Positions 48,469 to 59,138 of a stretch of DNA of 64,000 bases are shown piece by piece. Every line of letters starts with the position of its first letter. Position 1 is the first letter of the stretch. The position numbers and the translations under genes are program-made. Below the pieces are notes generated by a model. That model was not told the origin of the DNA and did no database searches. It worked only from the letters and a program-made list of their open reading frames with translations. The stretch lies in the NCBI GenBank assembly GCA_010015585.1, contig ML975154.1; one strand, given 5' to 3'. The stretch comes from Eremomyces bilateralis CBS 781.70 (lineage: Eukaryota).

Positions 48469-49206
48469 TAATAATAAGAATCAATTTAACGTACTATCTG
48501 GATCCCTTTCGGGTCTATGAGCATGATATTCTATCTGGTCTGCCGCGGGCAAAAGTTTCCCCCCAGCCGAGGCTGCAGGTACATAAAATCCCGCCTCCTC
48601 CCCTTAGTAGAGTATCTCAATCATTGTTCGTCTTTCCGCACGGGTCGGTGTTTCCGCCTACGCGGAGAGCTTATTCTGGCACGTCGTGGAGGAGCTGGAA
48701 CGGTTTCCAGTCCTCTATTACTTCCTTCTCAACTTCCTTGGCCACCCGGTATTGCTCTAGGCCTCCCGCATCGATCAGCCACCTTGCTGCGTAGCGTACC
48801 TTGTCCCTGTCATGCAATATCCTCTTAAAGTCCGTTGTTCCAGCTCGTTGGAGGAGCGCGATCCTCTGGTAGGTCCGCTGCGGGCAAATAGCAAGGAGAT
48901 GGTAGAGAGACTGTCGGGAGGTACCGCACTCACACGCTGGGTGGATTCCCGGGACACCGATTTTCGCAAGCCATCCTTTAACTCCAACTACCTCAGTCCG
49001 TAGTGCCATAAGCACCGAGGCCTCGTGTTTCTGAAGGCCATCAAACCGGTTAAGGCACTGGGTTTCCCACGGGTCCTTCCATGTCCTTGCTCTCCTTCCT
49101 GGTTTGGCCGCTTCGGCTTGCCATCTCTCCCTCCATTTCGCCCGATACTCGTCCTGGATCATCCGGTGCGGGCCTTTTCGCTGTTGTGTCTGATATCCCC
49201 CAGCTG
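48469..49206 (-). mobile_element. Heavily 5'-truncated Tad1-like LINE (3' end only), same family as 16648-18452
   Basis: First ~140 bp nearly identical to 16649-16793 (TAATAATAAGAATCAATTTAACGTACTATCT...). Encodes KHEASVLMALRTE..CECGTSRQSLYHLLAICP, the C-terminal CCHC knuckle of LINE ORF2. Confidence 0.92.
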
Positions 49207-49992
49207 TCCATGTCAAATTGGAGTATCGTTGTGAAGATAATGAATATACTGGTATTTACCAACGGCAATTATGCTCCCAAAAAACATAACCGGTTGACCG
49301 GTGCTTATAAAAGAATGTCCATAAACTGAGCGACCTTAAGCCATCAAATCTAATGGGGTAGCTTTACTCTCCACGCATCCTCTCATCCGCGACATTATCC
49401 AGACCAGTTTCTCTTTGAGACCAAAGGATATCAAGGAACACCATCGTTATGTCAACCAGTCCACGCGACCAAACCCGCGAACCCACACCGGCTTCCACCA
49501 ACTTGATCAAGAACGTGAAACAATATCTGTTCGGGGAGAAGGAGATGTGGACTTGCTGTGATTGCCTATTTCAGAATCTAGATGTGTAAGAATATGACTT
49601 TTCACCTGTACTGAGCCATGGATAGGGCCTGAATTAGTTGACAATGAGTAGAAACATCACTACCTGCACCATTTTAAAAGGCGAAACGGAGTGTAACCGA
49701 GAGCCATGAAGCATCAGAAGTGTAAAACGTGGGAATGGAGCTCTCTGCAACCTGTTACGGGGATCGTGAAGTTGGAGCGTTCTTCTTAGTCGCGGTCTGG
49801 TATGGGTTGAAATGGAACTCATTCAAGAAATAAAACTAATCATGACAGCCATGGGGTCAGAATGTTCATACAACATGTCATTTGCAGTACAGAAAATTTC
49901 GTTATGCCGTATCTTACGGCAGGGTATCAACAATCCAATGCAGTCGTCAACCGTTCATAAACAGTGGTCATGGGAAAGGAAAATCCCCCAAC

Positions 49993-52900
49993 CTACACGG
50001 CGGCTTTCGTGTGTGCCTTTCGCACCTTAGCGCGACTAGCGGTCTCCTCCTCAGGAGAAATGCGCCTTTGATAAGGCATAGTCTCAAACACACGGCGGTA
50101 GCCCCAAATCGACGTCCGGCTCTTGTAGCCCCCGCCCAATATCCACTTCTTCTCTCCTTTGAGTCTCCAACGTTGCTGGTCCTCGCTCATGTCAATGATA
50201 TATCCATCCGCTTTATCTTTCCGAACGAACTCGCCAACAATGACAGCGAGAAGCTTTAGCATGATCGTCCAGTCATCGATGTTCTGCCCGGTATGGGGCT
50301 CATAGAGCGCATCGTCAATCGGTTTCTTGTATAATGCTTCCCAGGCATTGATGTCTTTGAGCTTGAGGAGCTTGTAGAAGAGGGCTGCGATGACAATGTG
50401 GCCTGGTTTCAACTTGAAATAGTAACCCCAGTTGAAGTATTCGATTTCATCGAAACGGAGGAAGTCGGTACCCTCGAATATGCCCACGTTCCATGGGGCT
50501 CCCGGCTCGAACACATCTTCGTTTTTCTTGTATAGCCGATAGATTATATCCATCTGGACGTAGTGTGTGCGAGTCCATGGTTCCAACCGTGGTAATAGAC
50601 AATTCTTTCTTAAAAGGGGGTGCCCGGGATGGTCAGGGCTAGTAAGGGCGAGAGCATTGAGCACACCTCCTGTCATCCGGCCGATTAGACCGGATTGTGC
50701 CGGCAAAGTCATATCTATTGCTCTTGAATAGTGGTTGTGTTTGCTGAGACTTGTAGACGGATCTGTTTCGCTTACTTCCAGAGGAGTGTTGCAGGCCTCG
50801 GAACTCTCACTCTCCAGGGACACGTCCGCGGAGGAAGCTGCGGCTCTGAGGGGAATCGTAAAGGTATTCTGGACTTCTTTGTAGCTCACTCTGGATGTTG
50901 AATCAAGCTCCTGGCTTGTGCTCATGTATCCGCTACTGGTATCAGCCCCCGATTCTGAAATCAATGTTGACACCTCGCCTAGAGTACGAGAAATATCCTC
51001 AGTACGGCCATCGACCGCTACGATTTCGTCCTCGCTGTAGTCGTCCTCCAAACTAGTTCGACTTGTACCGGACTCCGGTGTCAACTGTGAGCTAGACGCG
51101 TCGTCATCCTCATTAGAAACCGGACAATGTTTGAGCATCTCGTTTCGCAACTGGCGGACATCTGAATGGGATAGTTCATTAGAACCGATTGAATCCTCTA
51201 AGAGTTGGGAACTCGTCTGTTCTCTTGATCGCTCGCTGAAAGGAGAAGGGGTGTCTTCAATGCTCGAGTGATTTGAAGCCTCAAACACCAAATGACTACT
51301 CTCATCGACAGTAGACAAGTCGGAGTAATCCAGAAAGTATCCGTCGAGCTTTGACTGCTCCTGGATTTCTCGCGACTGAAGGGGTGAAGAAGGTCTTGGT
51401 GGAGAAGACGTGAACACAACCTGCTGCTTTAGAGGGCTACCTCGCACTGGAATACTTCCTCGAGGATTGTTCCTCACAGATGGCGGTTGGAGTAGGGATG
51501 ACTGTGGAATAACTTTGTCCGCGACGTTTACCTTCGAAGAGCCGGATGTGGGAGCGGAGACAGTTGGAATGGTTGATTGCTTTTCCGTCTCGCCTCGTGC
51601 AATAGAGACAACCGGGGGACTTGAAGCGACTGGATGGTAATTGTGGAACAACTCAGAAATTAGGGTGTCCTCCCCTGGACCCTCGTACTGGGATGGCTTG
51701 GATTGAGTTGAGCGACCCAGCAGAAAGGAACTGTCATCAGGTTTTGAAAGAGAGAACTCATTATCTTCACTTCTAACCTGTTTGTTCACCATCGATGACC
51801 CCAGCCTAGAGTGGGTGTCTTCAACGGGTAGTGCTGCGGTTTCAGGGACGGAGGGCAACGAGACGTCGATCTGAGACGGTTCGCTTAAGACAGGGTATAT
51901 TGAGCTCTGGTCCTCCGCTGATTCGTCGGCGTACGAAAAGTCGGTGGCACTGACTCGTCTCCACGTCCTGGGCAACCGGCTCCGGCGAGGCTTGAAAATG
52001 GAAGGATCTTGAACGATTGGCACGACGCCGATGTTCGGGTCCGGTTCTTGAGAGGAGATGGGGGAAGATATATCAGATGAACGACTAGCTTCCTCTTCCC
52101 AAATATCTCCTCCAATGTCTTCCTGTATGTCACGGCTGGTGCCTTCTTCAGCATCTGGGGTTGGGTTGGCAGGCAGGGAATGCACGCTGGCATCCTCAAC
52201 CACACTATGATGGCCATGTCCGTCTCCGATGGTGTGATGAACCTGCCTCGCTTGAGCATCTGTGGATGTTTGAGGAGGAGCGTTGATGGTACCGGGAGGT
52301 GTGTCCGCCCGCCAATCCATCTCATCAAGTTCTGATTGAACCGGGCTGATAAGATGCGACGGTGATATTTGCTTGCGGAGAGACGGATAAGTCACCTCAC
52401 CGCTACTCTTATCCTCTGATTGTAGCTCCGGCGGAGCGCGATGCGGTGGTATCTGCCGCTGCCTTGGAGCGAGCGGTGCTGTCAAGGCATCATTGTTCGA
52501 CTGATCGTCGCGGCCTCGTCCAGCAAGGGGCGAGATCTCGTCTCGCAAGTTTGACTCTTCTTTCTTAGCCAACTCTTCCCCAAGACGCAATGCCTCTCTC
52601 AGGCCTCGTTGAGAGTCTTCACCGAATGGACTGAACAAATCAACCCGGTCTTTCAGCACGCTTGCCTTCTTTGGGGGGGTGCGAGTATTGGTATCTACAA
52701 CTCCTTGAAGTGCAATTCCTGCCTTAACAGCACGAGACAACTTCGGTGTAGTATTTTGTGGCTCAACAATAGCTGGGACAACAACGGGAGGCGGATTTGA
52801 AGCGGCCGGTGAAATGGGAGCCAGAGGTGTTCTGTTTGCATAGCTAAGAAGAGGGGACTTTTGGATCGCAACCATATCTGAGAAGTCAGATTCCGTTGGA

Positions 52901-54402
52901 TCAGGAGTTGGAATGTAGCTTCCTTCATCTTCAATATCTGCAGCGGGTACAGGACTAGAAGCACAGGTGTCGCCAGCAAATTCGGTCTCCAGGACGGGAT
53001 GTATGGTTTGATGCTCTGCATCCTCTGCAGCTCGCATACTTGGAAGGGAGTCGATTGTGACCATGGTCATGTCTTCGCTTTCGAGCATCGTCTGCTCACC
53101 AATATGCGTGAAATCTTGTTCCTCAATGTCATCATCGTCAAGTTGTTGAGTACTGAGAAGATTCTCATTCTCGGGGTATGAAACAAGGGAATCCCCACGT
53201 GCAGAGTCTTTCCCATCAATAGATTCCATAAGAAGAGGTTTCTTGCGCTTTGCACGTTCCACGGAGTCTAGTCTTAGACAGGAGGGTAATGGCTCAATCT
53301 CTTTTACTGACTGCATCGTCGAATTTCCCTCCTTCATCAGGCCAGCGGGGGATCTAGCATGGCTCGCGTCCAGCTCAGGACTCGAAGGCTGTGCTAAGTC
53401 GGAACTCAGATCCACGTCGGTGCTTGATCGGTCGGGGGTTCGTGAGTCGGCTGCTGGTAGGGCATTGAAATCAATCCTTCGCCGAACACCAGGTGCCGGG
53501 CGAAGAGCGGCCCTTGGCACATCCAGGAGAGTGGGATTCTTCGTCTTTGCAGATTCTCGTACTCTGGTATTTTGAGATCCCCGTGCAATAGCTGAAAGCA
53601 TGCTGCAGTCACTAGTGGCTGTACCAATGGAAGAAAGTGACGACTCGGGTTGGTCGGTTTCAAGCAGCAGTTGTGACAGCGGCTTCACCACGCTCATGCT
53701 CTCTACGTCCCGAGGTTCCCCAGGCGAATCCGAAAGGAATGGGCTAGGAATAGGGTCTTCGGTATTGCTCAAAGGCGGAGTGTCTGGACTTCTTGCCAGA
53801 TCTTGCTCGTAATCATCCGGGTCCAACTCTACTGGGGCAGTCGCTTTCCTTCGGCCTCGGCGGCGGACAGCCACCTGATCTTCATTCAGTGTGAAAATGT
53901 CGTTGTCTTCCCCTCCGCTATTCTTGCGGGATTGACGTCTTTTCGCTGGCGTCCCGTTCCTCTTCTTCGGTATGCTTCCCGCTTCTGATTTTCGCCCTCT
54001 GCCCCTTCGTTTCGCCGGAGACGGAACGCCCTCATCGCGTAGAGGCACCGCCACACTCGTCTTCTTGATTCTAGCTTTCCGGGTCGGGCTTTCCAAGTTC
54101 TCATCATTCTCATCCTCTCGCGGTTCAGCCTCAACCGTAACCTTGATCTTCCAGGGACTGGAACCCGATGTTGCGCCTGTCGAAAGAAAGATCGATTTCG
54201 AAGGCGACGCGCCGTGGTTGTCCAGGGGAAGTTGGAAAGTGGTCGATGATCTTCCCGCATTTCCAGTGCCTGACCTCAAGGGCTGTGCGCGTGTCCTGGA
54301 CGCAGACACGCGTTTAAGCGGCGATGATATGGAAGGGGAAAGGGCGAGGGGATCGGGGGAGGAGATGTTTGTCTCGTCGAAAGGATCGGAATCGCTATCC
54401 AT
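49993..54402 (-). CDS. Large, mostly disordered conserved fungal protein with AT-hook-like motifs (1469 aa)
   Basis: Uninterrupted 4.4 kb ORF with SPWKIKVTVEAEP, KRRGRGRKS and RRRGRRK basic motifs, DIWEEEA, KPRRSRLPRTWRR and a folded-looking C-terminus (PWTRTHY..). Confidence 0.8.
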   Translation of the reverse strand: MDSDSDPFDETNISSPDPLALSPSISSPLKRVSASRTRAQPLRSGTGNAGRSSTTFQLPLDNHGASPSKSIFLSTGATSGSSPWKIKVTVEAEPREDENDENLESPTRKARIKKTSVAVPLRDEGVPSPAKRRGRGRKSEAGSIPKKRNGTPAKRRQSRKNSGGEDNDIFTLNEDQVAVRRRGRRKATAPVELDPDDYEQDLARSPDTPPLSNTEDPIPSPFLSDSPGEPRDVESMSVVKPLSQLLLETDQPESSLSSIGTATSDCSMLSAIARGSQNTRVRESAKTKNPTLLDVPRAALRPAPGVRRRIDFNALPAADSRTPDRSSTDVDLSSDLAQPSSPELDASHARSPAGLMKEGNSTMQSVKEIEPLPSCLRLDSVERAKRKKPLLMESIDGKDSARGDSLVSYPENENLLSTQQLDDDDIEEQDFTHIGEQTMLESEDMTMVTIDSLPSMRAAEDAEHQTIHPVLETEFAGDTCASSPVPAADIEDEGSYIPTPDPTESDFSDMVAIQKSPLLSYANRTPLAPISPAASNPPPVVVPAIVEPQNTTPKLSRAVKAGIALQGVVDTNTRTPPKKASVLKDRVDLFSPFGEDSQRGLREALRLGEELAKKEESNLRDEISPLAGRGRDDQSNNDALTAPLAPRQRQIPPHRAPPELQSEDKSSGEVTYPSLRKQISPSHLISPVQSELDEMDWRADTPPGTINAPPQTSTDAQARQVHHTIGDGHGHHSVVEDASVHSLPANPTPDAEEGTSRDIQEDIGGDIWEEEASRSSDISSPISSQEPDPNIGVVPIVQDPSIFKPRRSRLPRTWRRVSATDFSYADESAEDQSSIYPVLSEPSQIDVSLPSVPETAALPVEDTHSRLGSSMVNKQVRSEDNEFSLSKPDDSSFLLGRSTQSKPSQYEGPGEDTLISELFHNYHPVASSPPVVSIARGETEKQSTIPTVSAPTSGSSKVNVADKVIPQSSLLQPPSVRNNPRGSIPVRGSPLKQQVVFTSSPPRPSSPLQSREIQEQSKLDGYFLDYSDLSTVDESSHLVFEASNHSSIEDTPSPFSERSREQTSSQLLEDSIGSNELSHSDVRQLRNEMLKHCPVSNEDDDASSSQLTPESGTSRTSLEDDYSEDEIVAVDGRTEDISRTLGEVSTLISESGADTSSGYMSTSQELDSTSRVSYKEVQNTFTIPLRAAASSADVSLESESSEACNTPLEVSETDPSTSLSKHNHYSRAIDMTLPAQSGLIGRMTGGVLNALALTSPDHPGHPLLRKNCLLPRLEPWTRTHYVQMDIIYRLYKKNEDVFEPGAPWNVGIFEGTDFLRFDEIEYFNWGYYFKLKPGHIVIAALFYKLLKLKDINAWEALYKKPIDDALYEPHTGQNIDDWTIMLKLLAVIVGEFVRKDKADGYIIDMSEDQQRWRLKGEKKWILGGGYKSRTSIWGYRRVFETMPYQRRISPEEETASRAKVRKAHTKAAV

Positions 54403-54923
54403 GGCCGCGGATATTATGCGGTGGTCACTAAGAAATCCAGTTATCGCAACATCCCACGCGTTGTCCTCTGCGAGGCTCGCTTTTGGATGATTTGAGCGTC
54501 AAGTGGGCTTCTGGGACGTGCAGTGGTTGCAGGCTTGGGATAAGGTGATATGAGGAGAGGAGATAGGACAACAAAAATATGTTTGTCAAGGGATGAAGAC
54601 GCTCGACTTATGGTTAAAATATTGATCTAACCTGAAAGACTACATAATAGTAAATGAATACACAGAAAACATTGGTGGGGTGAAGTTCATCCACCATGTT
54701 GTTTCATCTGATGCTGATTCATATTGTTGATCTGGTTGCTATGGCACTCGGATGTAAACAAGCCAGACCCTGATGTCTTCAGCTCGAGATGCTTGGCATG
54801 GGAGGCTTCCCTTCAAAGACCGTAGCAATAATGACAATCCGAGCGGCTTTGAGTCCAACTTTTCATTTCCCTTTCTCAGCATGATTTTTGGACTCTAGCT
54901 ATTACCAACCAAATGCCTCTGCA

Positions 54924-57865
54924 ATGGGGATCCATGGGTTAGTTTTGTGCAAAAGTTCTCCATTCTCTCTAACATTGTTCCACAGTATATACAAAGAGAT
55001 CGGCCCTGGACAGAGGATAGCTCTCTCGAAGCTTGCTGCAGATGCATTTACGAAGCACAAACGACCATTACGACTAGCAATAGATACATCCATTTGGCTA
55101 TTTCAGATTCAAGCATCCAAAGGTTTGAGAACTGGTTCAGCCCTTCGTAAAGCTCGCTGACTTGTATAGGCGGTACCAATCCCGCTCTTCGGACATTCTA
55201 TTATCGTTTAATTCGACTCCTCTCGCTCGCGATCCATCCGGTATTTGTTTTCGATGGCGACAACAAGCCACCATTCAAACGCAACAAACGGACGGGAGCG
55301 AACGTAGCCTCGATCCCCGAATACTTTGCGAAAGACCTACTCAAATGGTTTGGATTCTCCGTCCACGAAGCTCCCGGCGAAGCAGAAGCAGAATGCGCTC
55401 TCCTCCAACGCGAGGGAATCGTGGATGCTGTTCTTTCCGAAGACGTCGACACTTTGATGTTTGGGAGCGGTACGACGATACGACTCTGGACGGCGGAAGG
55501 CAAAGGCAAGGTTCCGACGCATGTCAGCCTATATGATGCCGAGACTACTAAGAATGGTACATCCGGGTTGGATTGCGACGGAATGATACTTGTGGCGCTC
55601 ATGAGTGGAGGAGATTACATACCCGAGGGCCTGCCTGGATGTGGACCGAAGGTGGCGTGTGAAGCTGCTCGAGCTGGCTTTGGAAGAGAGCTATGCTCCA
55701 TGAACCGACGCGATAAAGCGGCCTTGAAGGAATGGAGAGAGCGGTTGGTTCATGAGCTTCGGACCAATGAATCAAAATTCTTCAAGCGGAAACCTCGAAA
55801 ATTTGACGTACCGGACAATTTCCCTAGCATGGAGATTTTGGGATACTATATGCAACCCGCAGTGTCGTCGAAGGAAACCATTGATGGGTTGAAAAAATGT
55901 TTGGATCACATTTCAAGATGCGCTTCCGCAGAGGATCTCGAGCGCTATTGGAATACCTTGCAAGACCAAACATCCCAGAAACTGCGCTATTCGCTACGCT
56001 CGTTCTTCGAAAGACCGATTGACTTCGATAAACTCCGTACTTTCACCAGAGATGGTTTCAAATGGCAGTACCTGGACGACGCGAAGCATTTCATTCGCAC
56101 GATGTATCCAGCCGCTTTGGTTCGGGAAATCAGATTGAACAATCTGGAGCATATTGGAACTGTGGTCGACTCCAAATCGGAACAAGCAGCTGTCAAAGCA
56201 TTGCTCGGCTCTCGGGCGCATCCTGTCACCGATAATTGTACTGAGCTTCGGGTCGAATGCATCCCGGAGAAACTCGTACCGATAGACCTCTCGAAAGAGG
56301 AGGCCACTTCAGCATTTCAGAGGGACGTAGGGACCGAAGACGAAGCCGAGTTGGGTGATGAAGACGCACCAAAGGGCCGTGGCCCAACCCTTTTCAATCC
56401 CAATGCGCCACAGCGTGTTTGGGTCCACGAAGTCTACGTCCAACATGGTCTCCCCGATCTCTACGACGGCTTCCAAAACACTCTACGCATGAAGGCGATC
56501 GAAAAGGAAGACAAAGAACGGCGCCAGGCAGCCCGAAAAGCTGCGTCTACCGCTCCCAAAGGCGTACAAGCCGGTTCACTGGACCGATTCACCAGGGTGA
56601 CGAAATCGGGACAACCAGGTCCATCTCTTAGGTCAGCCAAATCACCCACACCGCAGCCGGCATCTACAGCTCCGGCTGTGTCGGAAATCCCACATGCTCA
56701 AAGCGAGACACAGGCACCGCGAACGAGGGCGACGACCAAACGGAGAGATGCCATCCCTGCCACGCAGCCTGCTCGCTCGACCGACCTACGACCCGTCGCA
56801 AACTTTCGCGTCCCACCAAGCCTCTCGTTCCTGGCCGAAAGGGAGGATACTGGGGCAGCCTTCATGGCGACTAGGACAAATGTTTCCTCGAGCAATCGTC
56901 ACCTCGGCGAGGACTCATTCGACTATCCTCCGTCTTCTCAGCCGCAGGTAACAAAGCGAGGAAAGCGATCTCCCTTCTCCCGTTCTGAAACCCTCCCCGT
57001 GGGCATCGGAACCGGAATCTCCAATACCACTCCTCAATCCGAGGAAATCGACGGACTCGATGCATTTACGACTCTCATGCAGAGTGCCAAGGACGATTCC
57101 GCACTCGAGGTGCGGTCGCCGTTCAGAAAGCGACGGAAGACAGCTTCTTCACAGAGAGGCTCCAAGGAACCTCCCACGCCCAGAAAAGCAAAAGGTGCCG
57201 ATGTAATTGACCTGATATCACCGAGTCCCAAGAAACAGACCAGCATCTCGAGTTTCGTGACCAGATCATCTCCCAGGAAGGATAAGGAGGATGACGGTCA
57301 TGATGATATGCGTCGGGGACACGATTCTTTTTTAGATGATTGGCTAGAATCAGCGGGAGGTCGTCAAAAGGGTTTGGGTGATATTGAGCATGACGGTTCC
57401 CGCCGCTTCTGGCCAGAGAACCAAAAGCTACACGATGATGCAGGCCTGCAGCGGCTTGACTTGACGGACTCACCACGCAGTGCACGAGCCAAGGCCCGTG
57501 CGAATAGGCTACAAGAGGGCTCCGCAAGTGAAGCTATGATTATCCATTCGGATGCTGTGGCGCGAGTGAACCTCACCGGAATTGTACAGCCGCCATCATT
57601 GCGAGCGCCGGCTTCCTCACTAAGCTCCAGGCGGTCACTCGCGGAGCTGAAAGATGGGAATATTCCCCAATCGAAGGCCCAGATTGCAGGCTATGGTGCG
57701 CAGACAGAGGGTGAACCCGCAACGAAGGCACAGGACAAGCAGGAGATTGTCGCTCCAAGGGCGAAGAAGAAACAGACTCATGTGCTTGTCAAGGATGACG
57801 GCAGCTGGGAATGGGGGACGAATGGTGTTCGGGTCGAGATTATTGACCTGACCAAAGTTAACTGA
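54924..57865 (+). CDS. YEN1: XPG/Rad2-family Holliday junction resolvase Yen1/GEN1; exons 54924-54937, 54986-55122, 55170-57865
   Basis: MGIHG|IYKEIGPGQRIALSKLA..RLAIDTSIW..GGTNPALRTFYYRL..VFVFDG (XPG-N), EAPGEAEAECALLQ..DAVLSEDVDTLMFGS (XPG-I) and ALMSGGDY.PEGLPGCGPK (H3TH). Confidence 0.92.
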
Positions 57866-58570
57866 GGCTTCCTACCATGATGATAATGAGTATGAAGCAC
57901 TATTAGGAGTTGATCGGAGTACATAGATGCATCCGATGGTGAGTTGAATTCAGGACCAAGGTCAGGTGACCCCGGTCCAGATGTCAATCAACGTCGTTTT
58001 ACAACGCCGATCAAACAATGTCACAAATTATCCTTCCACTTCGTATGTGGAGAGGACCTATCCATCGTGATCCACTATCAAAAAGTATCGCTCCGTCAAG
58101 GTCGCTTGAGACCAGGCAACAATGCGCAGCAGGTCGGAGAAATTATCCCGCCCCAGCTTACAACATGAAGCAACATGTATGCCGTGGTCGTGGCCACGGC
58201 TCCATGTTACGGACCACCGGAATATCGGAACATCGGAATATCGATGAAGGATTTATTTATCGGAGAACCTCCAATGATGCCTCGTCGTCAAGGCCCAGCC
58301 CCAAGCCGATTGGGTTTCCATGCATATTGCGCTACCCATACGGAATACAGACGTCCAGGCTCAGCCACAATGGGCAGCATTTTAAGGCAGCGGTTTCGCG
58401 TCTCTTTGCTTGCACAAGTTATGCTTAACTTTCGTATTCTTCGATCATCCTAACTGGCTGTTTCACCGCGGTGTTGCAGGATAGGGTATCTCCGCTCAAA
58501 ACGCCTTGGGCAGCGAGATGAGATCCTCCCCTCAACATCCCAGCCTGTAGTTGACTCGGAACGCTTCTCC

Positions 58571-58678
58571 TGTTCGGCAAGCAACCAATTGTTCACCCTG
58601 AATCCTCCTCATGTTCGGCAAGCAACCAATTGTTCACCCTGAATCCTTCTCATGTTCGGCAAGCAACCAATTGTTCAC
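58571..58678. repeat. Tandem repeat, 41 bp unit x 2.6
   Basis: TGTTCGGCAAGCAACCAATTGTTCACCCTGAATCCTYCTCA starting at 58571, 58612 and (partial) 58653. One mismatch between the full units. Confidence 0.95.
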
Positions 58679-59138
58679 GGAGCCATCATCGACCCGAATC
58701 ACATCCTTTACATAGTACTTGTATCTTATTATACCATGGCGCGGCCACCAGATTCGCTATCGGAGAAATAGCCTATCATGCAACCTGCGGCAACAGTCGG
58801 ATCAGATATATCTGGACTCAGCCAGGAGGCCGTTCATTCGCCTTGCGAGTCAAAACAGGTTTCTTCTCATTTGATCTATCTCCTATGCTCATATTGGTCG
58901 AGTCGCCGATTCTCATCTTATTCGATATTAGTGCGGCTCTGTTCATATCCTGTCTATTGTAAATCTTGCGCTATCTGATATGGGGATCTACAGATTCCTC
59001 TAGTACACTTAATGGTCATCATACCCTCACCAATAGGTTGAACTTTCCTTCCGAGCTTTTCTCGCCACGTTCCATTTTCCTTGCAAGAGCGGATGTCCAC
59101 CTCAATGTATCTTGGTTAGCCTACATTTTCCTTATTGC

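Noticed and set aside
58571..58678. 41 bp repeats as a CRISPR array
   Set aside because: The intervening sequences are near-identical rather than unique spacers, there are no cas genes, and the DNA is eukaryotic.
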